The notes under the pieces: generated by a model | Told to the model about the DNA's origin: nothing | Seen by the model: only the letters and a program-made list of their open reading frames with translations | The model's database searches: none | In this document: positions 46,478-58,881 of the stretch, one piece after another | How the letters are laid out: each line of letters opens with the position of its first letter | Numbering within the stretch: position 1 is the stretch's first letter | Made by a program: the position numbers and the translations under genes | Assembly: GCA_045648785.1 (NCBI GenBank) | Contig: JAZROP010000036.1 | Coordinates: 2,457-66,456, forward strand | Length of the DNA stretch: 64,000 nucleotides | Reading direction: 5' to 3' | Source of the DNA: Clostridia bacterium | GTDB lineage: Bacteria > Bacillota > Clostridia > RUG12999

Positions 46478-47479
46478 TTACTTATCAAAAGGAATACCAA
46501 GATGGTCGTAGGCAGATTTTGTTGCCATTCTGCCGCGTGGAGTACGATTTAAAAATCCGAGTTGCATCAGGTAAGGCTCATATACATCCTCAATTGTATT
46601 GGCATCCTCGCCGATTGTTGCAGCCAAAGTATCAAGTCCTACGGGGCCGCCACCAAAATGGTTTATTATTGAAAGCAGCATACGGCGATCGACACCGTCA
46701 AGTCCGAGCTTGTCAATCTCAAGCATACTGAGAGCCATGTCGGCAATTTTGTCTGTTATAGTTCCATCGCCGCGAATTTGTGCAAAGTCGCGGACGCGTT
46801 TTATAAGGCGGTTTGCAATACGCGGGGTGCCTCTTGAGCGGGTTGCAATTTCAAGTGCACCTTTTTCTTCAATACCAACACCTAATATGTTTGCCGAACG
46901 CTTTACAATTTGCAGAAGTTCTTCAGTTGAATAAAGTTCCAGACGCATTATCATACCAAACCTGTCACGAAGGGGAGATGATAATGAGCCTGCGCGGGTT
47001 GTTGCACCTATAAGAGTAAAGGGTTGCAAATCAAGCCTGATTGAACGGGCGCTCGGACCTTTCCCGATAATAATATCAAGAGCATAGTCTTCCATTGCCG
47101 GGTATAATACTTCTTCAACGCTGCGGCTCATGCGATGGATTTCGTCAATGAAAAGCACATCGCCAGGCTGGAGATTGGTGAGGATTGCGGCAAGGTCACC
47201 AGGCTTTTCAATTGCCGGACCACTTGTTATACGGATGTTGACATTGAGCTCATTTGCAATGATTCCGGCAAGTGTGGTTTTACCAAGCCCAGGGGGACCA
47301 TAAAGAAGCACATGGTCAAGTGAATCTCCACGCTGTTTTGCGGCAGATATAAACACACTTAAATTGTCCTTAACCTTGTCCTGACCGACATATTCGCTTA
47401 AATTGCGCGGACGGAGAGAATATTCAATTTCAGAATCTTCATTCAAAAAACTTCCCGATACAGAGCGTATATCTTCCAT
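46478..47479 (-). CDS. ruvB: Holliday junction branch migration helicase RuvB
   Basis: [14 protein letters not shown] and the remaining RuvB-like sequence. Confidence 0.95.
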   Translation of the reverse strand: MEDIRSVSGSFLNEDSEIEYSLRPRNLSEYVGQDKVKDNLSVFISAAKQRGDSLDHVLLYGPPGLGKTTLAGIIANELNVNIRITSGPAIEKPGDLAAILTNLQPGDVLFIDEIHRMSRSVEEVLYPAMEDYALDIIIGKGPSARSIRLDLQPFTLIGATTRAGSLSSPLRDRFGMIMRLELYSTEELLQIVKRSANILGVGIEEKGALEIATRSRGTPRIANRLIKRVRDFAQIRGDGTITDKIADMALSMLEIDKLGLDGVDRRMLLSIINHFGGGPVGLDTLAATIGEDANTIEDVYEPYLMQLGFLNRTPRGRMATKSAYDHLGIPFDK

Positions 47480-47490
47480 TTAATTACTCC

Positions 47491-48078
47491 TTACATTGCG
47501 CTTTTTAACGCGAGTTTTATAAGTTCTTCGACATTTGTTGCATTTTTTACACTGAGTACAGCATTTCGTGCAGTGGTTTCTGAATATCCGAGCGAAATGA
47601 GTGCACCGATTGCCTCATCGGAAATACTTCCGGGAATGGTGGACGGTGTGCTGGTCTCTGGCAGAGAGTCTGCAGAAAAGCCTTTAAGCTTGTCCGCAAG
47701 ATCCAGAACAATTCGCTGAGCTGTTTTAGCACCGATGCCAGATGCTTTTGTGATTGCTTTTGAATCTCCTGACGAAATAAAGGAAACAATATCGGCAGGA
47801 GGAAATGTATCAAGAATAGCTGTTGCGGCTTTGGGACCTACACCCGAAACGGAAAGAAGAAGCTCAAAAAGATGAAGGCTTTCCTCGTTTGAAAACCCGA
47901 AAAGTTCAAAAGCATCTTCGCGGATGTGGGTGTAAATATATATTTTCACTTGCGAGTTTAAGGGGAGAGAAGCGCTTTCTCTGAAAGGCATATTAATTTT
48001 ATATCCGATACCACTGTTTTCCACAATGGCAAAAGCAGAATTAACTGACTCAAGAGAGCCTTTAATATATGAAAACAT
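47491..48078 (-). CDS. ruvA: Holliday junction DNA-binding protein RuvA
   Basis: MFSYIKG..., HhH motifs SVSGVGPKAA and GIGAKTAQR. Confidence 0.9.
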   Translation of the reverse strand: MFSYIKGSLESVNSAFAIVENSGIGYKINMPFRESASLPLNSQVKIYIYTHIREDAFELFGFSNEESLHLFELLLSVSGVGPKAATAILDTFPPADIVSFISSGDSKAITKASGIGAKTAQRIVLDLADKLKGFSADSLPETSTPSTIPGSISDEAIGALISLGYSETTARNAVLSVKNATNVEELIKLALKSAM

Positions 48079-48140
48079 CTCTTTCACCCCACTAAATAAC
48101 ACATATAATATATTTTAACACAAATCTGTCGTAAAAGCAA

Positions 48141-48187
48141 GAAAAAAGTGAAATCAATTCATTGTTTTTTAATGAACTGATTTCACT
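48141..48187 (-). terminator. terminator after xerD
   Basis: 17-bp stem with one mismatch (AGTGAAATCAGTTCATT / AATGAATTGATTTCACT), followed by T6 on the minus strand. Confidence 0.8.
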
Positions 48188-49070
48188 TTCTGTTACGGGT
48201 TTTTTTGTATACGCTTCCAAGACGACCATTTACAACATCTGAATAGATTTTTGTGGAAAACTCTGCGGTATGTCCAAGTATTTCCTGAACTGCTGAAACT
48301 TCTGCGCCGCTTTCAATTAAATGAACTGCAAAGGAGTGGCGGAGTGTACCGGGAGTAATCTCTTTTTTGATTTTAGCCTTGTCCGCATAGAATTTGATTA
48401 TTTTCCAAAACCCCTGACGGGACATGCTTCCACCGCTGATGTTAACAAAAAGAAAATCATTTGAGTCGTCTATTAAAATATTACTGCTTCTTAGAGGCAG
48501 GTAGTGACGGAGAGCACTGAGTGCAAGACTTCCAAGAGGGATGGTTCTTGCCTTGTTGTCTTTACCGCAGGAAAGTTGTGCCTCATCAAGATTAACATCA
48601 GAAATTTTTAATGCAATAAGCTCGGTTACTTTAAGTCCGGTAGCGTATAAAAGCTCAAGCATAGCCTTGTCTCGGCACCCCTTAAAACCTATCGGCTGAG
48701 GCTGACTCAAGAGAAGATCTGTTTCTTTAGAAGTCAGAACAGATATATTTCTTTCTGGAAGTTTTGGCGGGCAAATACCATCAAATGGATTTGTTGACAG
48801 ATTACCATTTGCAACAAGATAGTGGTAATATGCTCTGAGGGAAGCAATGGAACGAAGAACGGAAGAAACAGCCTGTCCAGCTTCTTGCATATATGAAATG
48901 TATGAGTTGACAGTTTTTGTATTTACTGAAAGAATATTTAGCTTTTCCGCGGAAATATAGCTGTCAAACTTTTTAAGGTCACGCATATATGAAGCTATTG
49001 TGTTGTTAGAAGATTTTTTACTTTCTTTTAAATAACCTGCGAAATCCTCGGAATAGAGCAAAACTGTCAC
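48183..49070 (-). CDS. xerD: tyrosine recombinase XerD/XerC family
   Basis: Catalytic RHSFA, LGH and Y motifs (STKIYSDV). Adjacent to spoIIM as in B. subtilis. Confidence 0.85.
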   Translation of the reverse strand: MTVLLYSEDFAGYLKESKKSSNNTIASYMRDLKKFDSYISAEKLNILSVNTKTVNSYISYMQEAGQAVSSVLRSIASLRAYYHYLVANGNLSTNPFDGICPPKLPERNISVLTSKETDLLLSQPQPIGFKGCRDKAMLELLYATGLKVTELIALKISDVNLDEAQLSCGKDNKARTIPLGSLALSALRHYLPLRSSNILIDDSNDFLFVNISGGSMSRQGFWKIIKFYADKAKIKKEITPGTLRHSFAVHLIESGAEVSAVQEILGHTAEFSTKIYSDVVNGRLGSVYKKTRNRK

Positions 49071-49078
49071 CTCCTTTG

Positions 49079-49585
49079 TTAAAATGTAAGTTTAAGTAAA
49101 AATGAAGTCAGATATGTGTCCAAAAGAGCTGAGCCTGAACATATAAGAATAATCAGTACAAATAGGATAACATATCCGTAGTATTTTTTCTTTTGTGATG
49201 CAGCAGCTATGCAGACAAACAAAAGAAAAGGGAAAAATATAATATTTTGTGGCAAGGTAGCAGCAACTGCTGATACAATGCCGGAATTTTTTATAAACCA
49301 TGCAATCAGATATCCAAACACACAGCCACGGTAGGCAAGTACAACGGCCGAAAAGTAAACAGAAAATCTGGTAAATCCTGAAAGCCATGTTACAAAACAA
49401 GGCTTAAAAAAGGATTTGAAAGATTCTGCAAACACAGTAAGTTTCGGGGCGGAAGTAACCGTTGGGATATTTCCGTCTGCACAAAAAAGAGAAAATACCG
49501 AGCCAGCAGTAACACCCGAAATAAAGGTAAGCATGAATAAATAGGGCAAAAGCTTGCCCGGTTTTTCAGTATGTGATTTTTTCAT
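49079..49585 (-). CDS. spoIIM: stage II sporulation protein M-like membrane protein
   Basis: Polytopic 168-aa protein with an LPQNIIFFP motif. Synteny with xerD. Confidence 0.6.
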   Translation of the reverse strand: MKKSHTEKPGKLLPYLFMLTFISGVTAGSVFSLFCADGNIPTVTSAPKLTVFAESFKSFFKPCFVTWLSGFTRFSVYFSAVVLAYRGCVFGYLIAWFIKNSGIVSAVAATLPQNIIFFPFLLFVCIAAASQKKKYYGYVILFVLIILICSGSALLDTYLTSFLLKLTF

Positions 49586-49644
49586 AACTCCTCCGCAGAA
49601 AAATATTCTATAAAATAAAATATATTCTGTGGAGAAGATTAAAA

Positions 49645-50415
49645 TTACATGGACCTTGATTTATCGGCACACTTTTTAATTGCTTTTATGAATGCCCCAC
49701 GCAAATCGTTTTTTTCAAGCGAATATACAGCTTCAATGGTTGTTCCACCGGGTGAGCACACACGGTCTTTTAATACACCGGGATGTTCGCCGGTTTCAAG
49801 AACTGTTTTTGCAGAGCCAAGAACAGTTTGTGCAGCAAGTGTATATGCCACATCGCGGGGAAGTCCACAGAGCACCCCACCATCAGCCATTGCTTCGATT
49901 ACCATGTAAATATAAGCGGGACCTGAGCCTGAAACAGCCGTTACTGCATCAATGTATTTTTCGTTTAAAACTACGGTTTTGCCTATAGTTTCAAAAAGCT
50001 TGACTGCAATATCCGTGCCGATATCCGAATCACAAATAACAGTCATCCCTTCGCCTACAATAGCAGGAGTGTTGGGCATGACACGAATTACTTTTGCACT
50101 GTTACCAAGCCCGTTTTTAAGTTCTGCTACCGATACGCCGGCGGCTATTGATATAAAAAGCTTGTCCAGACCGGCAAAATCAGGAAGAATTTTGCGAAGT
50201 ATATCCGGTTTTACAGCAAAAATAACAACATCTGAAGACGATACCGCCACCATGTTGTCCGAAGTGATGCTAACGCCTTTTTCTTTGAAGCAGGAGAGCT
50301 TTTCCGGCATATAGTCAGATACAATTATGTCTGATGCGGAAATAAAACCGCTTTTAAGTATTCCGTTGAGTATGGCGGTTGCCATGTTGCCGCCACCAAT
50401 AAAACCAAGCTTCAT
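49645..50415 (-). CDS. proC: pyrroline-5-carboxylate reductase
   Basis: GFIGGGNMA Rossmann motif and SPGGTT motif. Confidence 0.9.
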   Translation of the reverse strand: MKLGFIGGGNMATAILNGILKSGFISASDIIVSDYMPEKLSCFKEKGVSITSDNMVAVSSSDVVIFAVKPDILRKILPDFAGLDKLFISIAAGVSVAELKNGLGNSAKVIRVMPNTPAIVGEGMTVICDSDIGTDIAVKLFETIGKTVVLNEKYIDAVTAVSGSGPAYIYMVIEAMADGGVLCGLPRDVAYTLAAQTVLGSAKTVLETGEHPGVLKDRVCSPGGTTIEAVYSLEKNDLRGAFIKAIKKCADKSRSM

Positions 50416-50505
50416 TTTTTCCTCCTTATGCCGTTGTTAGTAGATTAAACCGGAGCATAATGAATATTAGCCCCGGTCATAATTTTAAAATAGAAAGATA
50501 AACAC

Positions 50506-50521
50506 CCTGCCACCGGGCAGG
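50506..50521 (-). promoter_or_regulatory. short GC hairpin with a U-rich tail inside the proC 5' leader
   Basis: Minus strand reads CCTGCC-cggt-GGCAGG followed by GTGTTTATCTTTCTATTTT. It lies downstream of the predicted proC promoter. Confidence 0.35.
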
Positions 50522-50548
50522 ATGATTACCATTACGCGTGTATTTGAT

Positions 50549-50577
50549 ATTTTACTAAATTTTCCGACATTTGTCAA
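50549..50577 (-). promoter_or_regulatory. sigma-A-type promoter for proC
   Basis: Minus strand reads TTGACA-17 nt-TAAAAT. Confidence 0.5.
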
Positions 50578-50591
50578 TGCTTTTTTTAAAG

Positions 50592-51569
50592 TTACATAAT
50601 TTTTTTGCAGATTGCACAAATAAGGTCGGCAGTATTTTGTAAATCTTCTGAGTTTGCCATTTCGTTTGAGGTGTGACAATATCTTAATGGAATGGAAACG
50701 CCACCAGTTTTTATACCACCGCATGAATACTGAAGATATGACGCATCCGTTCTGCCGAATGTAAGTATTTCCTGCTGAACAGGAATACCGGCAGATTCTG
50801 CTGCCTGACTAATGATGTCGCGAACCTCATGGTTTGTAACTATGCCTTTATCCATTATTTTAATGCAGGGACCGTCTCCGAGATTTACCGCCATTTTTTC
50901 ACAGTCGGGAGTATCCCCCGTACCTGTTACATCCACAGCAAAAGCATAGTCAGGGCAGATATTATATGCCGCAGTTGCTGCTCCACGCAGGCCGATTTCC
51001 TCTTGAATGGTAAACACCATGTAAATATCGCAATCTGAATTTTTGAGTTGTTTTGCTGCCTTTATAAGTGCCCAACAACCTGCACGGTTATCAAGACTGC
51101 GTGAAATTACTGTATTTCCTGACAGTTCAAAGCTTGACTCAAATCTTCCACACATACCTAAGGGTACTTTTTTTTCGGCAGTTTCCGTATCCTTTGCACC
51201 TATGTCGATAAACATATCGGTGATTTTCAAATCCTTGATTTCCTTTTTCTCTCCAGCGGAAACAACACCACAAACACCATTTTCAAAACGGACTCTTGAA
51301 TTTAAAATGGTCACAGGGGAAATACCTCCTACCGCAGAAAAATATATAAATCCGTTATCGTTTATATAACGCGCCATTATTCCAATTTCGTCCATGTGTG
51401 CCGCAAAAAGAATTTTTTTGCCATTTCCGGGAATGTGGAGAGTGAGATTTCCCATTGGGGAAGTGGTAATTTCGCCCAACCCCTCAAGTTCGGATTTTAT
51501 AAGATTTGTAATTTCAGTCTCTGAGCCCGAAACACCGAATGTATTTGTTAAAGTTTTAAGAAGTTCCAT
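50592..51569 (-). CDS. M42-family metallopeptidase (paralog 3)
   Basis: HMDEIG and LDNRAG motifs typical of the M42/TET aminopeptidase family. Confidence 0.85.
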   Translation of the reverse strand: MELLKTLTNTFGVSGSETEITNLIKSELEGLGEITTSPMGNLTLHIPGNGKKILFAAHMDEIGIMARYINDNGFIYFSAVGGISPVTILNSRVRFENGVCGVVSAGEKKEIKDLKITDMFIDIGAKDTETAEKKVPLGMCGRFESSFELSGNTVISRSLDNRAGCWALIKAAKQLKNSDCDIYMVFTIQEEIGLRGAATAAYNICPDYAFAVDVTGTGDTPDCEKMAVNLGDGPCIKIMDKGIVTNHEVRDIISQAAESAGIPVQQEILTFGRTDASYLQYSCGGIKTGGVSIPLRYCHTSNEMANSEDLQNTADLICAICKKIM

Positions 51570-51570
51570 A

Positions 51571-52599
51571 TCAGAATACCTCCAGATGACTTAAATTTTC
51601 ACATATTTCTTTTGCTAAACGATACATACTTTCATAGTCTGCCTTGTCTATGACAGACACAGGGGAGTGCAGATACCGTGTGGGAACTGAGAGAGCGGCA
51701 GCAATAACGCCGTTACCCGTCATCTGTGCCGCGCGGACTTCATTTCCGCCTGATGCAAAGCTTTTTAGCTGACAGGGAATACCTTTTCTTTTGCCAAGCT
51801 TTAAGGCAGCTGTTACAAGTTTTCTGTCCGCCATGAAGCCGCCATCCATATATGACAGAGCAACGCCTTTTCCTAAAGTTGTTACATTAAGACCGTTTTC
51901 CATATCAGGAATATCTGAACATGTGGTGGTTTCAAGAGCAATGAACACATCGGGCAAAAGTTTTTTTGCGGCAACAGTACCGCCACGCAGACCTACTTCC
52001 TCCTGAACAGTGAACACGCACCATGTATCAAATTCAAAATCGGCGGTTTCAAGAAGTCTTAAAAGAGCCGAACAACCGATGCGGTCATCTAGTGCTTTTG
52101 CTTTTATATTATTTTCGCCAAACTCGATGCAATCGCTGTCAAATATTATATAATCGCCTTTTTCGGTAAGGCTTTCTGCTTCCTCTTTTGATGATGCACC
52201 GATATCTATATACATATCTTTGGATTTCACAGCGCTTTTCCGTTCTTCTGCGGTAGTAAGGTGAACGGCTTTTATTCCGATAACCCCCGGGATATGATTT
52301 TTGCCGACAAATACGCGGAGGCCGAGAAGAATTCGTGAGTCGATACCAATGGAGGAAAATTTTAAATATCCATCATCGGTAATTTCGTTCACTAAAAAGC
52401 CTACTTCGTCAGTATGAGCGGCAAGCATAAGTTTTTTTTCTGATTTTCGTCCCTTTTTAAAACAAATAAGGTTACCCATATTGTCTGAAGTTATGGAGTC
52501 ACAATAGGGTTCTGCCTTTGCCCGAATAAATTTTATAACATCATCTTCATAGCTTGACACGCCCGAAAGGGAGATGAGTTCTTTAAGCATGTTCTTCAC
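51571..52599 (-). CDS. M42-family metallopeptidase (paralog 2)
   Basis: HTDEVG and LDDRIG motifs. Confidence 0.85.
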   Translation of the reverse strand: MKNMLKELISLSGVSSYEDDVIKFIRAKAEPYCDSITSDNMGNLICFKKGRKSEKKLMLAAHTDEVGFLVNEITDDGYLKFSSIGIDSRILLGLRVFVGKNHIPGVIGIKAVHLTTAEERKSAVKSKDMYIDIGASSKEEAESLTEKGDYIIFDSDCIEFGENNIKAKALDDRIGCSALLRLLETADFEFDTWCVFTVQEEVGLRGGTVAAKKLLPDVFIALETTTCSDIPDMENGLNVTTLGKGVALSYMDGGFMADRKLVTAALKLGKRKGIPCQLKSFASGGNEVRAAQMTGNGVIAAALSVPTRYLHSPVSVIDKADYESMYRLAKEICENLSHLEVF

Positions 52600-53614
52600 C
52601 TCCGAAAAGGTTTTTTATAAAGGCGGCAATGCCTTTTGACGAGTTTTCAAGGTCAGAAAGTGAGAGAGTTTCAATGGTTGTGTGCATATAACGCAGCGGT
52701 ACAGACAGTAGCACACAGGGAATTCCGCAAGAGGAAATTTGAATATCCCAGGCATTTGTACCGGTATCGCCTGTTTCCACCTCTGTCTGGTATTCGATAT
52801 TTTCAGATTCGAGAGTTTTTCTTAAAATGGAAGTGTATTTTCTGTTTAAGTTAGGACCAAGGCAAATTGCTGGACCTTTTCCAAGAATGCAGGTTTTGCT
52901 TTTTTCTCCGTCGGGTGTGTCGCCGTGAGTAACATCAACAACAATCGCAAGATCGGGGGAGAGTCTGTCGGCAGAAATTTTTGCACCAAATCTGCCAATT
53001 TCTTCAGAGTGACTGGCAACTACGCAGATGTCTGCATTAAGATCAGAATTTTTAAGCTGTTCTATCACCGAAAGATGAACATAAATTCCTGCACGGTCGT
53101 CAAGTCCGCCACCGCTGAATTTATCCTTGCCGAGCAAGGTATGTTTTGATTTTACAGATATTGGTGTACCAACGCTCACGAGCTCTTTTAATTTCTCATC
53201 AGAAAGACCGGTGTCGATAACCAGGTCATCAAGCTTTATGCCTTTTTGCATATCTTCACGGGAAAGAATGTGAGGCGGTTTTGCACCTATTACACCGAAA
53301 ACATCTTTCTTGCCATGGATTATAACTTCCTGGCAGGGGAGAACTCTGGAGTCAAAGCCGCCAAGCGTTGCAAAAGACAAAAATCCGTTTCCTGCAAAAT
53401 CTTTTACAATAAGCCCGATTGTGTCAAGATGGGCATCAAGCATGATAAGCGGAGCGTCTTTTTTGCCGCAACGCAGATACCCTATTACATTGCCCGAGGG
53501 GTCAACAGAGCAATCTGTAAGATATCGCTCGAAAATGTTTTTTAATTTTTCTGTGCCGGTATGATGAAAACCGGAAAGGGCATTTATATTACATAATTCT
53601 TTAAGAAGTTCCAA
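52583..53614 (-). CDS. M42-family metallopeptidase (paralog 1)
   Basis: HLDTIG and LDDRAG motifs. Confidence 0.85.
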   Translation of the reverse strand: MELLKELCNINALSGFHHTGTEKLKNIFERYLTDCSVDPSGNVIGYLRCGKKDAPLIMLDAHLDTIGLIVKDFAGNGFLSFATLGGFDSRVLPCQEVIIHGKKDVFGVIGAKPPHILSREDMQKGIKLDDLVIDTGLSDEKLKELVSVGTPISVKSKHTLLGKDKFSGGGLDDRAGIYVHLSVIEQLKNSDLNADICVVASHSEEIGRFGAKISADRLSPDLAIVVDVTHGDTPDGEKSKTCILGKGPAICLGPNLNRKYTSILRKTLESENIEYQTEVETGDTGTNAWDIQISSCGIPCVLLSVPLRYMHTTIETLSLSDLENSSKGIAAFIKNLFGGEEHA

Positions 53615-53649
53615 AAAATCATCTCCTTAAACTGATGGACAGGCATAAA

Positions 53650-54399
53650 TTACCTGTCCTCCAGCTGATAAATTATATTTGATAAAACCGCAAGTGGCGC
53701 AGTTTCTGTACGCAGAATACGAGGGCCTAATGTAACAGAATTTGCGCCTGAGCTTTTAAGCAAGGCAATTTCTTCTTCTGCTATGCCGCCCTCCGGACCG
53801 ATAAATATATTAACAGTTTTTGCATCGTTGTTCTCAAACAGTAATTTCTTGAGAGAAACTTCCGTTTCAAGCTCGTAGCAGGCTATAGGTAGGTCGCAAT
53901 CTGCAAAAACTTTTACTGCATCTTTAAAATCCATGGGCGCACAAACCTTGGGAATAAGTCCCCTGCCTGACTGTTTTGCCGCAGACTCAGCAATTTTATT
54001 CCAACGGTCTGTTTTTGATGCGGATTTTGCCGCAGGAATTTTCACTATACATCTGGATGACTGAACAGGTATTATTTCAGCTATACCAAGCTCAACTGTT
54101 TTCTGAATAATATATTCAAATTTATCACCCTTGGGCATACATTGGAAAAGTCTTATTTTAACTGATGGTTCGGCTTCGCAGGGAATTCTTTCTGTAATTT
54201 CGCCCAAAACTTCTTCCCTCGAAAGGGAAGTGAGTTTGGTAATGCAGTCAATACCGTCATCGTTGCATACAATGATTTCTTCCCCAGGTTTAAGGCGAAG
54301 AACATCTGTTATATGATGAGCATCAGCACCGGAAATTATTACATTGTTGCCATGTGTTTCTGCAAAAAATCTTCTCATGATTTTATTTTGTGCAGACAA
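53650..54399 (-). CDS. rsmE: 16S rRNA (uracil1498-N3)-methyltransferase
   Basis: RsmE-like sequence (GPEGG, LRTETA motifs). Lies downstream of prmA. Confidence 0.85.
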   Translation of the reverse strand: MSAQNKIMRRFFAETHGNNVIISGADAHHITDVLRLKPGEEIIVCNDDGIDCITKLTSLSREEVLGEITERIPCEAEPSVKIRLFQCMPKGDKFEYIIQKTVELGIAEIIPVQSSRCIVKIPAAKSASKTDRWNKIAESAAKQSGRGLIPKVCAPMDFKDAVKVFADCDLPIACYELETEVSLKKLLFENNDAKTVNIFIGPEGGIAEEEIALLKSSGANSVTLGPRILRTETAPLAVLSNIIYQLEDR

Positions 54400-55318
54400 T
54401 AGCTGCCCATTCTCCTTCTCTTATCACACGCTCAATTTTAAAACCGTATTTTGTAAGTGCGTTTTTGACATCGTCTATACGATGTTCAATGATTCCGGAT
54501 GTTATGTATATGCCGTCCTCTGCCATAAAATTACCGGCTGACTCTGAAAGCATAATTACTGCGTCAGCAATTATATTTGCAATTACAATTGAATATTTAC
54601 CGGTAATTCCTGTTGTAAGGTCACAACAGCGGATGTCAATTTTATCAGCAACTCCGTTAAGCTCTGCATTTTCCTTTGCAACCTTTACAGCAACGCTGTC
54701 AATGTCGGAGGCAACAATTTTGCCGCAACCGAGTTTTGCCGCACCGACAGATAATATTCCACTTCCTGTGCCTATATCCAGCAGAGTGGACTCAGGGGTT
54801 ACAAATTCTTCTAAAAGAGCAAGACACATTCTGGTAGTTTCGTGAGTACCTGTGCCGAAAGCCATGCCGGGATCAAGCTCTATAACAACATCACGACTGT
54901 CATCAACTATTTCTTCCCATTGGGGTTTTATTATAATCCGTTTACCAACAGGAACGGGTTTATAATATTTCTTCCATTCGTTTTCCCAGTCCTGTTCATG
55001 AACCTCTTTATATGAAATCTCTAGACCGGAAATGTCAGTCAGACCGTCAAGGGATTTGATACCTTCTTCAATGATTTTAAGAGTTTCGGGAATGTCTGTT
55101 TCAGGTGGATAGTAAGCCTTTAAGGTAGCATATTCCACCTCATACTGCTGGCGGACATGGTCATCTAAAACATCCCATGCAGAGGTGAGCCTTTGGGACT
55201 CGTCAAGCAGGGAAGAGTCTGTTATAGATACGCCACCGACACCCGTTGCATATAAAACTCCGCTTGCCATTTCAACTGCCTCGGGAGAAATTTTAACTGT
55301 TATTTCAGTCCAGTTCAT
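54383..55318 (-). CDS. prmA: ribosomal protein L11 methyltransferase
   Basis: DPGMAFGTGTHETT and DIGTGSGIL motifs. Confidence 0.9.
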   Translation of the reverse strand: MNWTEITVKISPEAVEMASGVLYATGVGGVSITDSSLLDESQRLTSAWDVLDDHVRQQYEVEYATLKAYYPPETDIPETLKIIEEGIKSLDGLTDISGLEISYKEVHEQDWENEWKKYYKPVPVGKRIIIKPQWEEIVDDSRDVVIELDPGMAFGTGTHETTRMCLALLEEFVTPESTLLDIGTGSGILSVGAAKLGCGKIVASDIDSVAVKVAKENAELNGVADKIDIRCCDLTTGITGKYSIVIANIIADAVIMLSESAGNFMAEDGIYITSGIIEHRIDDVKNALTKYGFKIERVIREGEWAAIVCTK

Positions 55319-55330
55319 AATATTACCTCA

Positions 55331-56458
55331 TTAGTCAAAGAAATCTTTCAGTTTTTCACTGAATTTTTTCTTTTTATTATAGTTTTTATCGCTAAGCTGC
55401 TCAGCAAATTTTTCAAGAGTGTCCTTTTGTTCGGAGGTTAAATTTTTTGGAACCTCTACAATTATTGTAACATACTGGTCACCAGGATTTTTTGTGCGGA
55501 GACTGGGAATACCTTTGCCCCTGAGTCTGAATTCTGTTCCCGGCTGAGTTCCTTCGGGAATGGTCATTTTAACCTTGCCGTGGATTGTGGGAACATCAAT
55601 TTCAGCGCCAAGTGCCGCTTGAACGAATGTTATAGGAATACTGCAAAGAACGCTTGTGCCCTGTCTTTCAAAGATGGTGTGCGGACGGATGTGAATGGTA
55701 ACATAAAGGTCACCTGCAGGACCTCCTCTTGATCCTGCATCACCTTTTCCAGCAACGGAAATGGTCTGTCCGTCATCAATGCCGGCAGGAATATTCACAG
55801 TTTCAGTAACCTTGCGGCGAACCTTGCCTTTACCGTCACAGGTTGAACATTTTTCCTTTATTATTTTACCGCTACCGCCACAGACTGAACATGGAGAAGT
55901 TGTCTGGAACTGACCAAAGGGTGTTCTCTGAACACTTCTTACCTGACCTGAACCGCCACAGTTTGAACAAGTTTCAGGGGAAGTTCCTTTTTTAGCACCG
56001 CTGCCACCACAATCGGGACAATTTTCCACATGGGAATAATTAATATCACGGGTTACGCCAAAAGCGGCTTCTTCAAAGGATATAACCTCAGTAACTTCAA
56101 TGTCACGACCGCGGACAGGTCCGTTTCTGCGCGATGCACTTCTGCCACCGCCAAAAAAGCTGCCGAATATGTCGCCAATATCATCAAAACCGCCAAAACC
56201 ACCGAAACCTCCTGCTCCGCCACCAAATCCTTGCGGACCGTCGTGACCGAACTGGTCGTAGTTTGCTTTTTTCTGTGGGTCGCTTAAAACTTCGTAGGCT
56301 TCGCTGAGCTCTTTAAATTTTTCCTCAGCTTCTTTATCTCCGGGGTGCAGATCGGGATGATACTGTTTTGCAAGCTTGCGGTATGCTTTTTTCATCTCGT
56401 CGGCTGACGCACTCTTGTCAACACCGAGCACCTCATAATAATCTCTTTTATTTGCCAT
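55331..56458 (-). CDS. dnaJ: molecular chaperone DnaJ
   Basis: J domain ([11 protein letters not shown]), a G/F region and four CxxCxGxG zinc motifs. Start taken at MANKRDYY after GGAGG. Confidence 0.95.
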   Translation of the reverse strand: MANKRDYYEVLGVDKSASADEMKKAYRKLAKQYHPDLHPGDKEAEEKFKELSEAYEVLSDPQKKANYDQFGHDGPQGFGGGAGGFGGFGGFDDIGDIFGSFFGGGRSASRRNGPVRGRDIEVTEVISFEEAAFGVTRDINYSHVENCPDCGGSGAKKGTSPETCSNCGGSGQVRSVQRTPFGQFQTTSPCSVCGGSGKIIKEKCSTCDGKGKVRRKVTETVNIPAGIDDGQTISVAGKGDAGSRGGPAGDLYVTIHIRPHTIFERQGTSVLCSIPITFVQAALGAEIDVPTIHGKVKMTIPEGTQPGTEFRLRGKGIPSLRTKNPGDQYVTIIVEVPKNLTSEQKDTLEKFAEQLSDKNYNKKKKFSEKLKDFFD

Positions 56459-56479
56459 TTTTTCCTCCAAAACCCTTAT

Positions 56480-56508
56480 ACGCCCACACAGTTTTTCTGT
56501 GTGGGCGT
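56480..56508 (-). promoter_or_regulatory. dnaK-dnaJ intercistronic hairpin
   Basis: Perfect 12-bp stem ACGCCCACACAG / CTGTGTGGGCGT. Confidence 0.6.
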
Positions 56509-56525
56509 GGGTAGTAAACACTTAA

Positions 56526-58364
<1,839 letters not shown>

Positions 58365-58374
58365 CTAATATATG

Positions 58375-58881
58375 TTAGTTTGCCACTTTTACCATGCTGT
58401 GGCGAATAATTTTTTCTTTATATTTATAACCGGGCATAAGTTCTTCGACAATCATATTGTCCCCGACGGAGTCGTCATCAATATGCATAACTGCATTGTG
58501 AAGATTAGGGTCAAATTCTGTGCCGACAGCCGGAATTTTTTCTATGCCAATATTGGCAAATGCTTCGTCAAACTGACGAGCGATAAGCATAAAGCCTTGC
58601 TTTGCGGGATTGTCATCTTCTCCGTCGAGAGCAGCAATCGCACGGGCAAGGTTATCCATTGCGGGAAGCAGATGCATCACAGCATCACCAACACTCTGTG
58701 CAGCTATCATATCACGCTCTTTAATTGTACGCTTTCTGAAATTATCATATTCTGCTGCAAGCCGCATAAGTTTATCTTCATATTCGGCTTTTATGGATTC
58801 GCAGGTAACCTGCGGTGTTTCTTCAGCCACTTCTTCAGAAACTTCTTCTATAATTTCTTCTTTTTCATTCTTCTCTTTCAT
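58375..58881 (-). CDS. grpE: nucleotide exchange factor GrpE
   Basis: RLAAEYDNFRKR motif. Positioned between hrcA and dnaK. Confidence 0.9.
   Translation of the reverse strand: MKEKNEKEEIIEEVSEEVAEETPQVTCESIKAEYEDKLMRLAAEYDNFRKRTIKERDMIAAQSVGDAVMHLLPAMDNLARAIAALDGEDDNPAKQGFMLIARQFDEAFANIGIEKIPAVGTEFDPNLHNAVMHIDDDSVGDNMIVEELMPGYKYKEKIIRHSMVKVAN

Noticed and set aside
50485-50724. A 79-aa minus-strand ORF overlapping the M42 3' end and the proC promoter
   Set aside because: It overlaps a supported gene in another frame, has a basic low-complexity sequence, and has no RBS.
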